DNA of 24,000 nt. Origin: Synechococcus sp. AG-673-A03. Lineage in GTDB: Bacteria; Cyanobacteriota; Cyanobacteriia; PCC-6307; Cyanobiaceae. Position 1 is the first letter of the stretch, and every line of letters begins with the position of its first letter. Made by a program: the position numbers and the translations under genes. A model generated the notes under the pieces. It was not told the DNA's origin and searched no databases. It was given only the letters and a program-made list of their open reading frames with translations. This document shows, in pieces, positions 6,745 to 15,033 of this stretch. The stretch lies in assembly GCA_003211275.1 (NCBI GenBank), contig QCTE01000003.1:20861-44860 (forward strand). The letters run 5' to 3'.

Positions 6745-6975
6745 ATGCGCCCATCACTCCTGATTCTGCTCGCTCTGCTCGTGGCACCAAGTGCTGCACT
6801 TGCCCAGAAAAAAATCCCCAAAGCTCAGGGACATAACCAATGCCCCCTGGGTTATGTCAACACGCTTGGTACAACCTGTGTTTCACCGATCTACTATCAG
6901 GTTGCACCCACAAATGGAGAAGCCTGCAAAGAAGGGTGGATGAACATCGGAGCCGGCTATTGCAGAAAAAAGTGA
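6745..6975 (+). CDS. small secreted cysteine-containing protein
   Basis: Signal peptide MRPSLLILLALLVAPSAALA-QKK, followed by about 55 aa with 4 Cys. Confidence 0.6.
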   Translation: MRPSLLILLALLVAPSAALAQKKIPKAQGHNQCPLGYVNTLGTTCVSPIYYQVAPTNGEACKEGWMNIGAGYCRKK

Positions 6976-7024
6976 GCTCCAATTAATCCTCAATTTGAAT
7001 TTCTAGCCCTTGGCAAGATCAAAC

Positions 7025-7059
7025 CTCCGTTGCTAGACGTCGACTAGTCGGCAACGGAG
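7025..7059 (+). promoter_or_regulatory. 9-bp perfect hairpin covering the GGAG just upstream of the 7065 start codon
   Basis: ctccgttgc (7025-7033) pairs with gcaacggag (7051-7059). The 17-nt loop contains the 10-nt palindrome cgactagtcg. GGAG at 7056-7059 lies 5 nt before the ATG at 7065. Confidence 0.4.
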
Positions 7060-7064
7060 CTTCC

Positions 7065-7313
7065 ATGAGATTTTTCTTCAGTTCCTCGCTGTTGATCGCG
7101 GCAGGAATGGTTGGCATGACAGCAATAGCTGCGCATGCCCAACACCGCACAATTACCGAATGTGCGCAAAAACTCACCGCGCGAGGATTCCATGTAATCG
7201 ACAAAGATATCGATGATGGCCTCTACGAATTTGAAGCCATCAAAAACAACAAAAAGTGGGATATAAAGATGGACCAACAATGCAACGTCTTATTAGAGCG
7301 AATCTACAATTAA
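7065..7313 (+). CDS. small secreted PepSY-like protein
   Basis: Signal peptide MRFFFSSSLLIAAGMVGMTAIAAHA, then ...ARGFHVIDKDIDDGLYEFEAIKNNKKWDIKMD, which is reminiscent of PepSY-type domains. Confidence 0.55.
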   Translation: MRFFFSSSLLIAAGMVGMTAIAAHAQHRTITECAQKLTARGFHVIDKDIDDGLYEFEAIKNNKKWDIKMDQQCNVLLERIYN

Positions 7314-7369
7314 TATTCGCTCTCAAATCAGATTCATACAAACTCTGATTGACTTAACAATGCTAATTT

Positions 7370-7759
7370 TTACATTAAACCCAAGGAATGAAATAGGCCT
7401 CTACTCACAAATGCAAGGATGCATATCGAAGTGAATGCCACGAGATTAATGGCTGCGATGTCGAAGACAATCGGGCTACGCTCCGCTTTCTGAGACGCAC
7501 CAGAAGAGAACGATTGATTGATGTCGTCCCAATAAGCAAGCACAAAACCTTTTTTGGCCGTAAGGCTTCCAGCACCAGTCACGATTTGACTTTGACCCTG
7601 ACTTGCCAGCTGCTGACGATCAATCTTCTCAGCCTCACGCCTGAAAGCGTTTTGGAACCAGCTGACGTGACTCAAAAAACCGATTGTGAACCAAAAAATC
7701 AGTGAAACACCAACCAAAGCACTAAGCATCACCATGCCTAAACGCCTCTCCTGCAACAA
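7370..7759 (-). CDS. hypothetical two-TM membrane protein (start probably at the internal MVMLSAL)
   Basis: ORF track. There are N-terminal and C-terminal hydrophobic helices. Confidence 0.5.
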   Translation of the reverse strand: MLQERRLGMVMLSALVGVSLIFWFTIGFLSHVSWFQNAFRREAEKIDRQQLASQGQSQIVTGAGSLTAKKGFVLAYWDDINQSFSSGASQKAERSPIVFDIAAINLVAFTSICILAFVSRGLFHSLGLM

Positions 7760-7933
7760 CTAACTATGAATCATCTTCTCGACGCAATCCAAACGAGCGC
7801 CGGTTGATATAGACAGCAATCATTTGCAATGATTGGCCATTGAGCGTAAAATTATTTACAACTATCCGTATCAATCATCTCAATTGCGAGGTCTCCAAGC
7901 CGGCTTCAGTGCGCGGAAGCGGAATGGGAACGA

Positions 7934-8218
7934 TCAGGATTTCCCAGATGGCAGCTGTGCCCGGTAATCGTCGGCAACGACATCCAGAAGTCCTAAGACA
8001 TAGCGATCGCTCGCTCCGATTTCAGATTGAAGGGTCTGAAGACTCATGCGGATATCTTCGATCGCGCTGTTGATTTGATTTTCAAGCTGTGACTGGCTTG
8101 GCTGCCATTCTTCTGTCAATGAAGTCGAGGAGGCGATTTTCAAGTTTGTGGAATCTTGGTGCTTCGGGGGCATGGAACCTCGCCGTGGAGCCTGAGAATT
8201 CCGCGCTTGGTAAGCCAT
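7934..8218 (-). CDS. hypothetical protein
   Basis: ORF track, 94 aa. Disordered N-terminus and helical C-terminus. No recognisable family. Confidence 0.4.
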   Translation of the reverse strand: MAYQARNSQAPRRGSMPPKHQDSTNLKIASSTSLTEEWQPSQSQLENQINSAIEDIRMSLQTLQSEIGASDRYVLGLLDVVADDYRAQLPSGKS

Positions 8219-8384
8219 GTTGATCCGCTTTGCTCAAGCTTTTCATCGAAATCCCAGGAAGACTGTCAAATAGCTAACTATCGAACCGTTCATCGACGAC
8301 GCAGCAACAAAAACAAATCAGCCAAGCCCTAACAGACAAGCGGATTAGAGCGAGCGACTTGGCTGGATAACCCGATTCAGCGGG

Positions 8385-8747
8385 TCAAGAACCACGCTTG
8401 CGCCCAAGCACTTTTCTCGTCACCACACCGTCTTCTTTCTGATAAAGAACAAGGCGGCTCTCCTCCAATGTATTCAAGCTCAGGATGCCTCTAGAACGAT
8501 ATTGACGATTAAATGGAACCACCCATGATGTACCCATGGCCATCACATAGATCAATTCTTGCCGATCAGCACTGATGCAAAAACGCACCTTCGAATCCTT
8601 ATAAACACCAACATCGCTGACATATTCAGCTTTGAAAAAGTCACAACCCTGAGCACGCTGAAATTCGTCTTTGATATTGGCTAGTGCAGCGCTGTTCAAA
8701 CTGAGGCCGAGCAGCGCCAAGACCCCAATTCCTGGGATGTACTTCAT
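8385..8747 (-). CDS. hypothetical secreted protein
   Basis: Signal peptide MKYIPGIGVLALLGLSLNSAALA-NIK, then a mature part of about 95 aa. Confidence 0.6.
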   Translation of the reverse strand: MKYIPGIGVLALLGLSLNSAALANIKDEFQRAQGCDFFKAEYVSDVGVYKDSKVRFCISADRQELIYVMAMGTSWVVPFNRQYRSRGILSLNTLEESRLVLYQKEDGVVTRKVLGRKRGS

Positions 8748-8953
8748 AACCCCTCACGCGTTTCAGAACAGAAGCAGCATGACGCGTCATAGCAGCGATG
8801 CAAGCCGGTTTGAAGCCGCAACAAGCAGAATGATCGTCGTCAACAACGCATCCCAGCCAAGGCCAGGGATTTCAATCGCTACTTGAGCGTGATCTGATCA
8901 ATACATGCTGTTCTGAGCGGGGCTGTAATTTTTCGCCATCACAGAAATCAGTC

Positions 8954-9145
8954 TTGTCAACACGCGACTTCACAGAATCTGAGGATGCGAAGCCTCGATT
9001 CACTGATCCAGTATTTCTCCAACATGCTCAGGCCAGTGTTGGGCCATGGTGGGAGGATCGCATTCGTGCACTGATCAAACAGGATTGCGCTGAAGAAGCC
9101 GGTGCTTTGTTCAGGGAGTTCGAAACACCTGAAAAGGGCTTCTAA
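8954..9145 (+). CDS. hypothetical small protein (TTG start)
   Basis: ORF track only. Non-ATG start and no recognisable family. Confidence 0.25.
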   Translation: MSTRDFTESEDAKPRFTDPVFLQHAQASVGPWWEDRIRALIKQDCAEEAGALFREFETPEKGF

Positions 9146-9329
9146 CGTTGTACGAACTGACCCAGCTCAATCGTCCAGCAAAAGCATTGAGCGCTCACAA
9201 GCTGCTGAGTCGCTGAACAAGAGGGAGCACTGGGAGCCTGATGACAGGTGATCCTGAACCAGACAGATCGCAAAGACTTGCCATCCCAGCAAGTCATACT
9301 CATGATGTTCTCATCTGCAAGGATCATTG

Positions 9330-9473
9330 ATGAGCAACCGTCTCGTTCGTGCTCACAAGAGATTGATCGTCAAAATACAACAGAAGACTGGTCTTTCTGA
9401 TTATCAAATCTTGTGGTTAGCTTTTGCCAAAGGGATCGTCGCTGGCATTCTGCTCACGCTCATCTTATTTTAA
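9330..9473 (+). CDS. hypothetical 47-aa tail-anchored membrane protein (below the ORF-track cut-off)
   Basis: Hand translation: MSNRLVRAHKRLIVKIQQKTGLSDYQILWLAFAKGIVAGILLTLILF, with ATG start and TAA stop. Confidence 0.35.
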   Translation: MSNRLVRAHKRLIVKIQQKTGLSDYQILWLAFAKGIVAGILLTLILF

Positions 9474-9538
9474 AAATCGACAACAACACTCCTCAATCTT
9501 TAATGATGAAGTTCTAAATTTTCAGCTTTTCTACTCAC

Positions 9539-9766
9539 ATGACGCCGAACACAGGAAACGATGCAGTATCTAATACTGAAAACATCGAAATCAACAGAGC
9601 TCTGACTTACTCAGAAATGATGAACGAAGGAAGGCAGAATATTAAACATGGAAGTCGAGAACAAGGAGATGGGCTTCAACAACGAGTGGAGGAACTTGAA
9701 AGAAAAGTGGAACACCTTCAGAATGTGATCCAACGACAAATTCGCCTTGGCAGAATGAACAAATAG
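9539..9766 (+). CDS. hypothetical coiled-coil protein
   Basis: ORF track. LQQRVEELERKVEHLQNVIQRQIRL is a heptad-like segment. Confidence 0.4.
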   Translation: MTPNTGNDAVSNTENIEINRALTYSEMMNEGRQNIKHGSREQGDGLQQRVEELERKVEHLQNVIQRQIRLGRMNK

Positions 9767-9894
9767 CAAGCAAAACGAGTCAAAAATCGATATAAATTGA
9801 CGGATTCCTTTCAATCCAATCTTATCGTGTGATCAAAAACTTACGGCACTGTGCGGCCCGACAATCAGACAGATTATGAGATAAAGTGGAAAAC

Positions 9895-10491
9895 CTACGA
9901 CTTTGCAGAACGGATGTTCAGGCTGACGCAATCAAGACTGTCGTAGGTCTCAACACCAGAATCTGGATTAATTCCAGTAGCCCTCGCACACATGTCCTCT
10001 CGCTGAGGAGCATCAATAATGGCGCCAGAGAAGTCAGCCCCGTCAATCGTCGTCGCCTTAAAAAAGCTCTTGGTCAAAACTGAATCTCTGAAGTTCACGT
10101 TTGTGAGGTTTGCCCCTTCAAAATGAGTTGCATAGGCGATACTGCCCTCAAGATTTGCACCCTCCAGATCTGCTCTTTGCAGAGTCGCCACACTAAATAA
10201 AGCACCTTTCAGATCAAGACCAGACAGGTCATAATTGGCTAAGTCATATTTGACAAACTCTTTGGTGATCGGCTTTCCGTCTTCATCTCGCTCGTAAAAA
10301 GGAAATTTTTCCTTGAAGGCCTCTGTCGCCTGATCGCTTCCCTGCAGACTTCTATCAAGCCCGAGATCTGGAAGACCTCCACCGCTTGGATAAATGGCCA
10401 ATGCCTTTGATGGCAACATCAGCAGCACGCCGAACAGAATCGCAACAAAGGATCGAAACAACGGCCTAACAATGCGATTAACTAATTCCAT
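9895..10491 (-). CDS. pentapeptide-repeat protein with N-terminal signal/TM segment (thylakoid-lumen type)
   Basis: Tandem A(D/N)LxG-type pentapeptides: DLSGLDLKGALFSVATLQRADLEGANLEGSIAYATHFEGANLTNVNFRDSVL...IDGADFSGAIID. The N-terminus FVAILFGVLLMLPSKALA is hydrophobic. Confidence 0.85.
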   Translation of the reverse strand: MELVNRIVRPLFRSFVAILFGVLLMLPSKALAIYPSGGGLPDLGLDRSLQGSDQATEAFKEKFPFYERDEDGKPITKEFVKYDLANYDLSGLDLKGALFSVATLQRADLEGANLEGSIAYATHFEGANLTNVNFRDSVLTKSFFKATTIDGADFSGAIIDAPQREDMCARATGINPDSGVETYDSLDCVSLNIRSAKS

Positions 10492-10651
10492 CAGGCACTC
10501 CTTTTATTGAAAAACTTAAGGCAAGCAAGTGCGGCACTTTGACAACATGACCCGCTGAGGTGAAACAAATCGAGCAGTGACGAGAGAAATATCTCACTGC
10601 GTTGAATCTCATTGATCGCGTGCACAGGTCCAAGATGAAGTACCAAAAATT

Positions 10652-10849
10652 ATGCGCAACGTAAGATTAAAGAAGAGTTTTCTATCAAAATTGGAAGATC
10701 AAACTCAAGCACTTCTAGCAGAACTGATTCGACAAGCTCTCATCAGGATTCACAGCGGTGAAGCAGGTGCTGACTCAGCACTTTACAGGGCTATCTACAC
10801 CCTTCAGGAACAAAATATCATCGAAAATATAGCTTCGACTTTGCAGTAA
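10652..10849 (+). CDS. hypothetical small protein
   Basis: ORF track, 65 aa, helical. No recognisable family. Confidence 0.35.
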   Translation: MRNVRLKKSFLSKLEDQTQALLAELIRQALIRIHSGEAGADSALYRAIYTLQEQNIIENIASTLQ

Positions 10850-11052
10850 AGATCAAATTTACTCAATTATTGAAAAGACCATGGAGGCAAAGGTCAGCAG
10901 GACCAAAGTCTCAAGACAAAGCCCAGGACAATAAAAATCAACCCACCAAATAAATATAGCCAGAGACCAAATTCATGGACAACCAAATCAAAGCCGAGAA
11001 ATATACCGCGGCAAAGACAAACTCTTCAACAAATTCAAAAGAATTCATGCGT

Positions 11053-11352
11053 TTAGTAAAGCGTTGCTCTACGGATAAATTGCATTGCAGCAAGAGCACC
11101 TAAAAAGAACACTGTTGGAATACCCAATGCATTCACGGCCAAGGTCCTGACGGTAAACACAGGGTAACCTCCATCTTTTCTTTGGAAAGGCGCCAGAGGG
11201 CTATCGATCCACTCTTTACGATTCTGAATCGAAGGCACTCCAAAGAACTGTTTCCCCCAGACAAGAATTTCCCACCTGGTCAGCCAAAACGCGGTGCTGA
11301 TGACCGAGAAAGCTATTGGGGAAGCAACCAATAGGATCTTGAAGTTAAACAC
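11053..11352 (-). CDS. hypothetical membrane protein (GTG start)
   Basis: ORF track, 99 aa, with two clear hydrophobic helices. Confidence 0.5.
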   Translation of the reverse strand: MFNFKILLVASPIAFSVISTAFWLTRWEILVWGKQFFGVPSIQNRKEWIDSPLAPFQRKDGGYPVFTVRTLAVNALGIPTVFFLGALAAMQFIRRATLY

Positions 11353-11868
11353 AACAACAACGTCGTTTCTAAGAGATTAGAAGAGTGTCTTGCTCTCTAG
11401 GTATTGATTGATGCACCATTTTGGCCTCAATGCATCAACCGCATCGACTCATTTTTGTCAATCAAATTGATGGTAACAAGGTGATATTTTGAAGCGCCCA
11501 GGCGTCATTTGCGCCTCGATAGCGGTCTAAATCAATCAATCTGCCTTGCTTTGCGCCGACAGAGCCAATCCTGATGCGACGACGAGCAACATAAACATTG
11601 ATTTTGATTCACAATTTTACTCACTGCCGATACAGATGTTTCAAGCAAAAGCCTCACGCAATGAAGACATTCGATCATTTTAAAGATACATATTGATTCA
11701 TTGACAAGGCCGAAAATTAAGTCATTGCTCCCAACAAATTTGCTGATTGAACAAGACACTGCTTGAGCCCAAGTCTGCAAAAGCAGCCCCAAGCCCCCTA
11801 TCGCCTCTGCACAGGGCTGGCATGACAGCCTTGAGTCAACAAAGACTCATGCCCCGCCTGAGAACCGC

Positions 11869-12513
11869 ATGGACAACACGCTGGTGTGTGGGCCTACGAC
11901 AGGACCAGCGACAGTGCTGCTGGCCCATGGTGCCGGCGCTGGTATGGAGAGCCCTTTCATGCAGCACATGGCCGAAGGACTTGCGCAGCAGGGGTGGCAG
12001 GTGATCCGCTTCGAATTTCCCTATATGGCCCAGCAACGCATCAGTGGTCGCAAAAAACCACCCAACAAAGCCGACATCCTGTTGCAGTGTTATGCCGAGC
12101 AAGTGAGCTCTCTGCCCGCCAAGCGACCGCTGATCATCGGAGGCAAATCCATGGGTGGGAGGATCGCCAGCCTGCTTGCCGATGAGTTGTGGAGCCAAAA
12201 CAAGATTTTGGGATGCATCTGTCTGGGCTATCCCTTTCACCCTCTTGGCAAACCAAAGACATTGCGCGTGGAGCATTTGCAGAATCTGCAAACGCCAACT
12301 CTGGTGATTCAGGGAGAGCGGGATGCGATGGGCAACAGGGAGGACGTGAACACCTATGCGCTCTCAGAGCAGTTGCAACTCGCCTGGATGCCCGATGGTG
12401 ATCACAGCTTCAAGCCACGAAAACGATCAGGAAGTAGCGAACTTCAGAACTTGAATCTGGCTGTTGAACACATGCATGACTTCCTCAGCAGAGTGGTCCG
12501 ACCTGCATGCTGA
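11869..12513 (+). CDS. alpha/beta-fold hydrolase (dienelactone hydrolase / KANL3-TEX30-like)
   Basis: LLAHGAGAGMESPFM. Nucleophile elbow GKSMGG (GxSxG). Later IQGERDAMG and PDGDHSF fit a Ser-Asp-His triad. Confidence 0.85.
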   Translation: MDNTLVCGPTTGPATVLLAHGAGAGMESPFMQHMAEGLAQQGWQVIRFEFPYMAQQRISGRKKPPNKADILLQCYAEQVSSLPAKRPLIIGGKSMGGRIASLLADELWSQNKILGCICLGYPFHPLGKPKTLRVEHLQNLQTPTLVIQGERDAMGNREDVNTYALSEQLQLAWMPDGDHSFKPRKRSGSSELQNLNLAVEHMHDFLSRVVRPAC

Positions 12514-12523
12514 GGGTGGACCA

Positions 12524-12808
12524 TCACGTCTGGTTGCCACCCAGCATGTCGTCGTACCCCTCATAGGGGTTGTATTCGGCCCAGCCAGGACTGGCCTGAT
12601 CCATCAGGCCGAACTCACCGTCAATCATGTCCGCCCGGGTGTTGCCATAAGGAACTGTGTTGCAAGTGATCCCACCACCCGCAGCAGGCTGGCAGTCATC
12701 AAAACGCACCTGGCCCCGAACAGGATTGGCCAGACTGCTGGCGATCGTGACCAGAGCGACAACGCTCGTTAGAAACACGCGCACGACGCTTGGTGCATGG
12801 CAGCCCAT
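12524..12808 (-). CDS. conserved-looking small exported protein (ORF extends to 12904; Met at 12808 preferred)
   Basis: MGCHAPSVVRVFLTSVVALVTIASSLA is a signal-like N-terminus. The composition is G+C-rich and coding-like. Confidence 0.55.
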   Translation of the reverse strand: MGCHAPSVVRVFLTSVVALVTIASSLANPVRGQVRFDDCQPAAGGGITCNTVPYGNTRADMIDGEFGLMDQASPGWAEYNPYEGYDDMLGGNQT

Positions 12809-12833
12809 TCTGAATGAGATCGTGAACAGTGGA

Positions 12834-13220
12834 TCAAAGACCTGCACAAAGACGTTCACTGTCCCCCAATGTCTCAAAAGCTTTCTGACCCCGTTGTTCA
12901 GCAAGCTGCACCATCACCACTTCCGCCTGCAGACCAAGCAGCAGGGTCTGGCAGGGATAGAACTGGCGATCGGCGGCACGACGTTGCAACGCCTCAGTGA
13001 GCACCAGAGCTCGATCACAGCTGGCTGCATTGGCGCTTTGAAAACATGCCATAAGAACCGGACGCACTCCCTCCAGAGACGCCGCATGAACAGGCGCTTC
13101 AACACTGCCAATCACAAGAGCGACCGTTCCAGACATCAATGCCCTGACTAAATTGTTCAAGAGGTTGTTAACCAAGAGGCGTAAAGAGATCAACGACCTG
13201 ACGTGCTGCCAAACATTCAC
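12834..13220 (-). CDS. hypothetical exported protein (possible start at the internal MSGTVALV, 13136)
   Basis: ORF track. Signal-like MSGTVALVIGSVEAPVHAA, with 4 Cys in the mature part. Confidence 0.55.
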   Translation of the reverse strand: MNVWQHVRSLISLRLLVNNLLNNLVRALMSGTVALVIGSVEAPVHAASLEGVRPVLMACFQSANAASCDRALVLTEALQRRAADRQFYPCQTLLLGLQAEVVMVQLAEQRGQKAFETLGDSERLCAGL

Positions 13221-13332
13221 AAACCAACTCCTGAGCTAGCCGTGAGATCAACTGAAAGAATGAAATCACTCGATCGTTGATCGGATGTATACCGACTGGA
13301 CCGCGGTCGCACTCTTACTGTTCACGGCAGTA

Positions 13333-13368
13333 CCGCTGTTGGCTGTCGTGGCAACAGCGGCATTTTTT
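13333..13368 (+). terminator. intrinsic-terminator-like hairpin plus T-run on the + strand
   Basis: ccgctgttg (13333-13341) and caacagcgg (13352-13360) are exact reverse complements with a 10-nt loop. The hairpin is followed by ca-TTTTTT (13363-13368). Confidence 0.45.
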
Positions 13369-13672
13369 ATTTGGCAAAAGCGGAAGTCACCGCTGTCTTG
13401 ATGACCACCTCCTTGAGCTTTTGAGCTCTCTTCTCAAGGGAGCCAACGACAGAACGTGATGGGAATGTTGATGTTGTGGAAGAGGCGACAGGCTGAAGCA
13501 CACCTCTGCCCAGACAGTCATGACAGGTCCGGAAGCGCTGCTCGCTGATGCGTTTGATGCCACTGCCTCCGCAGCTGGAGCAGATCGCCATGTCTGAACC
13601 CAAAAACGCAACTTCAGTGTGGGAGCTACAAGCGACTGTGATCCCGAAGGCTTTCTTAAGAATCTGGCTCAT
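13367..13672 (-). CDS. small CxxCxGxG zinc-finger (DnaJ-CR-like) protein; start taken at MSQILKK
   Basis: CSSCGGSGIKR...CHDCLGRGV gives two CxxCxGxG-type motifs. The listed 158-aa ORF is trimmed because its N-terminal part overlaps gluQ in another frame. Confidence 0.5.
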   Translation of the reverse strand: MSQILKKAFGITVACSSHTEVAFLGSDMAICSSCGGSGIKRISEQRFRTCHDCLGRGVLQPVASSTTSTFPSRSVVGSLEKRAQKLKEVVIKTAVTSAFAK

Positions 13673-14552
13673 CCCAACATCCCTGCAGCGGCAGGGGTCG
13701 AGCCCGAATCTCTTGCAGCAGCTCGCGAGCCGACAAGGAGCAGTGCTGGTCGACCAAACCCAGCGAAGCGGCCAGCCATCCCACCACCCGCTGCGATGAC
13801 CACTGCTTCTCCTGGAGAGGTGCCAGCCCTGCGGCCTGTTCACGCTTGGAGAGCTTCTGACCCTCCGAATCGCAGAGAAGCGGTGTGTGCCGATAGCAGG
13901 GGGATGGCTCCTCTAGCGATGCGATCACCGCCCGCTGGGCAATACACACTGCAGCCAAATCAGAACCCCGCACCACCTCGGTAATACCCAGTGCCAACTC
14001 GTCCATAGCCGTTGAAAGGTGATAAGCAATGAATCCATCCGCTCGGCGCAGAACCAAATCACCGCAGCGGGGTTCATCCACGGCCTTCACTTTCAGCCTC
14101 CAGGCCGGCAGACGTCCATCCTGCAGCCCCCAGCCCCTTGCCATCTCCCTGCAGGTTCCTGGATAACGCCGACCGGCACCCAGCTGACGACGACTGCATC
14201 GGCAGGGATACAGCAGCTGGTCATGCCGAAGTGCAGAGAGGCAGGAGTTGTAAAGCTCGAGCCGCTGGCTCTGCATGATCACTGGACCATCCCAGTGCAG
14301 TCCAAGCCACTGCAGATCTTGGAGAGCTGAGTCGACCGCGCCAACCCGGATGCGCGGAGTGTCGAGATCATCAATCCGCAGCAACCATTCACCACCCTGA
14401 AGACGGGCCTGCAACCAGGAGATCAGGGCCGTGCGCAGGTTGCCCAGATGCAGAGGACCTGAGGGAGTCGGAGCAAAACGGCCGCGATAACCCAGGAGAC
14501 GCTGTTGACGCCCCTGCTCAAAAACGACCCGGAGACAATCAGGAAGGTCCAC
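13656..14552 (-). CDS. gluQ: glutamyl-Q tRNA(Asp) synthetase (GluQRS/YadB); GTG start uncertain
   Basis: RFAPTPSGPLHLGNLRTALISWL (HIGH-type motif), LLRIDDLD, LYPCRCSRR. The ~298-aa truncated GluRS-like size fits. Confidence 0.9.
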   Translation of the reverse strand: MDLPDCLRVVFEQGRQQRLLGYRGRFAPTPSGPLHLGNLRTALISWLQARLQGGEWLLRIDDLDTPRIRVGAVDSALQDLQWLGLHWDGPVIMQSQRLELYNSCLSALRHDQLLYPCRCSRRQLGAGRRYPGTCREMARGWGLQDGRLPAWRLKVKAVDEPRCGDLVLRRADGFIAYHLSTAMDELALGITEVVRGSDLAAVCIAQRAVIASLEEPSPCYRHTPLLCDSEGQKLSKREQAAGLAPLQEKQWSSQRVVGWLAASLGLVDQHCSLSARELLQEIRARPLPLQGCWDEPDS

Positions 14553-14605
14553 ACAAGAAAGGGTGGCCCCAGAGGACCACCCCGATCAAGCGTTCTGGCA
14601 GTCAA

Positions 14606-14881
14606 TCAGCCCTGAACACGATCCTTGAACATCTTGCCTGCGGTGAAAGCGGGCACGCGCTTGGCGGGAATCTTGATCTTTTCGCCGGTCTTGGGATTCA
14701 GACCCTGACGGGCAGAGCGCTCGCGAGGCTCAAAGGAACCGAACCCGAGAATGGAGACCTTTTTGCCCTCCACAACGGAATCGATGATGGTTTCAATGGC
14801 GGCATCCACCACCAGAGACACATCGGTCTTGGTGAGCTCGGTGCGGGCGGCAACCAGGTTGACGAGATCGGCTTTGTTCAT
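14606..14881 (-). CDS. hup: DNA-binding protein HU
   Basis: MNKADLVNLVA...GFGSFEPRERSARQGLNPKTGEKIKIPAKRVPAFTAGKMFKD is a canonical HU sequence. 91 aa. Confidence 0.95.
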   Translation of the reverse strand: MNKADLVNLVAARTELTKTDVSLVVDAAIETIIDSVVEGKKVSILGFGSFEPRERSARQGLNPKTGEKIKIPAKRVPAFTAGKMFKDRVQG

Positions 14882-15033
14882 TGGGTGGGGGAAAGTGGCA
14901 GAAGCGGTTGGATCGACGATGCGGAGGTCGACATCCGCACGGCTTCACTTGGCGCGCTAATCGTATGGAGACAATCGCTGTGCGGCAACCGAAAAACACC
15001 GTGCCGCAATGCTTTCACCGAATCTTATGCGAA

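Larger units (their letters stand above)
1..11800. other. A+T-richer flexible genomic island; right boundary approx 11,790-11,870, left boundary outside the window
   Basis: Base composition shifts visibly by eye from A/T-rich (left) to G/C-rich (right) just upstream of the alpha/beta hydrolase gene. The left part has short ORFs on mixed strands, few recognisable families, one frameshifted gene and several ORF-free stretches. The right part has long, tightly packed, conserved housekeeping genes. Confidence 0.6.

Noticed and set aside
11532-11792. Minus ORF of 86 aa in the island/core junction.
   Set aside because: The translation is Cys-rich and irregular, in an A+T-rich region dominated by ATTGAT-type repeats. 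It is more likely non-coding.
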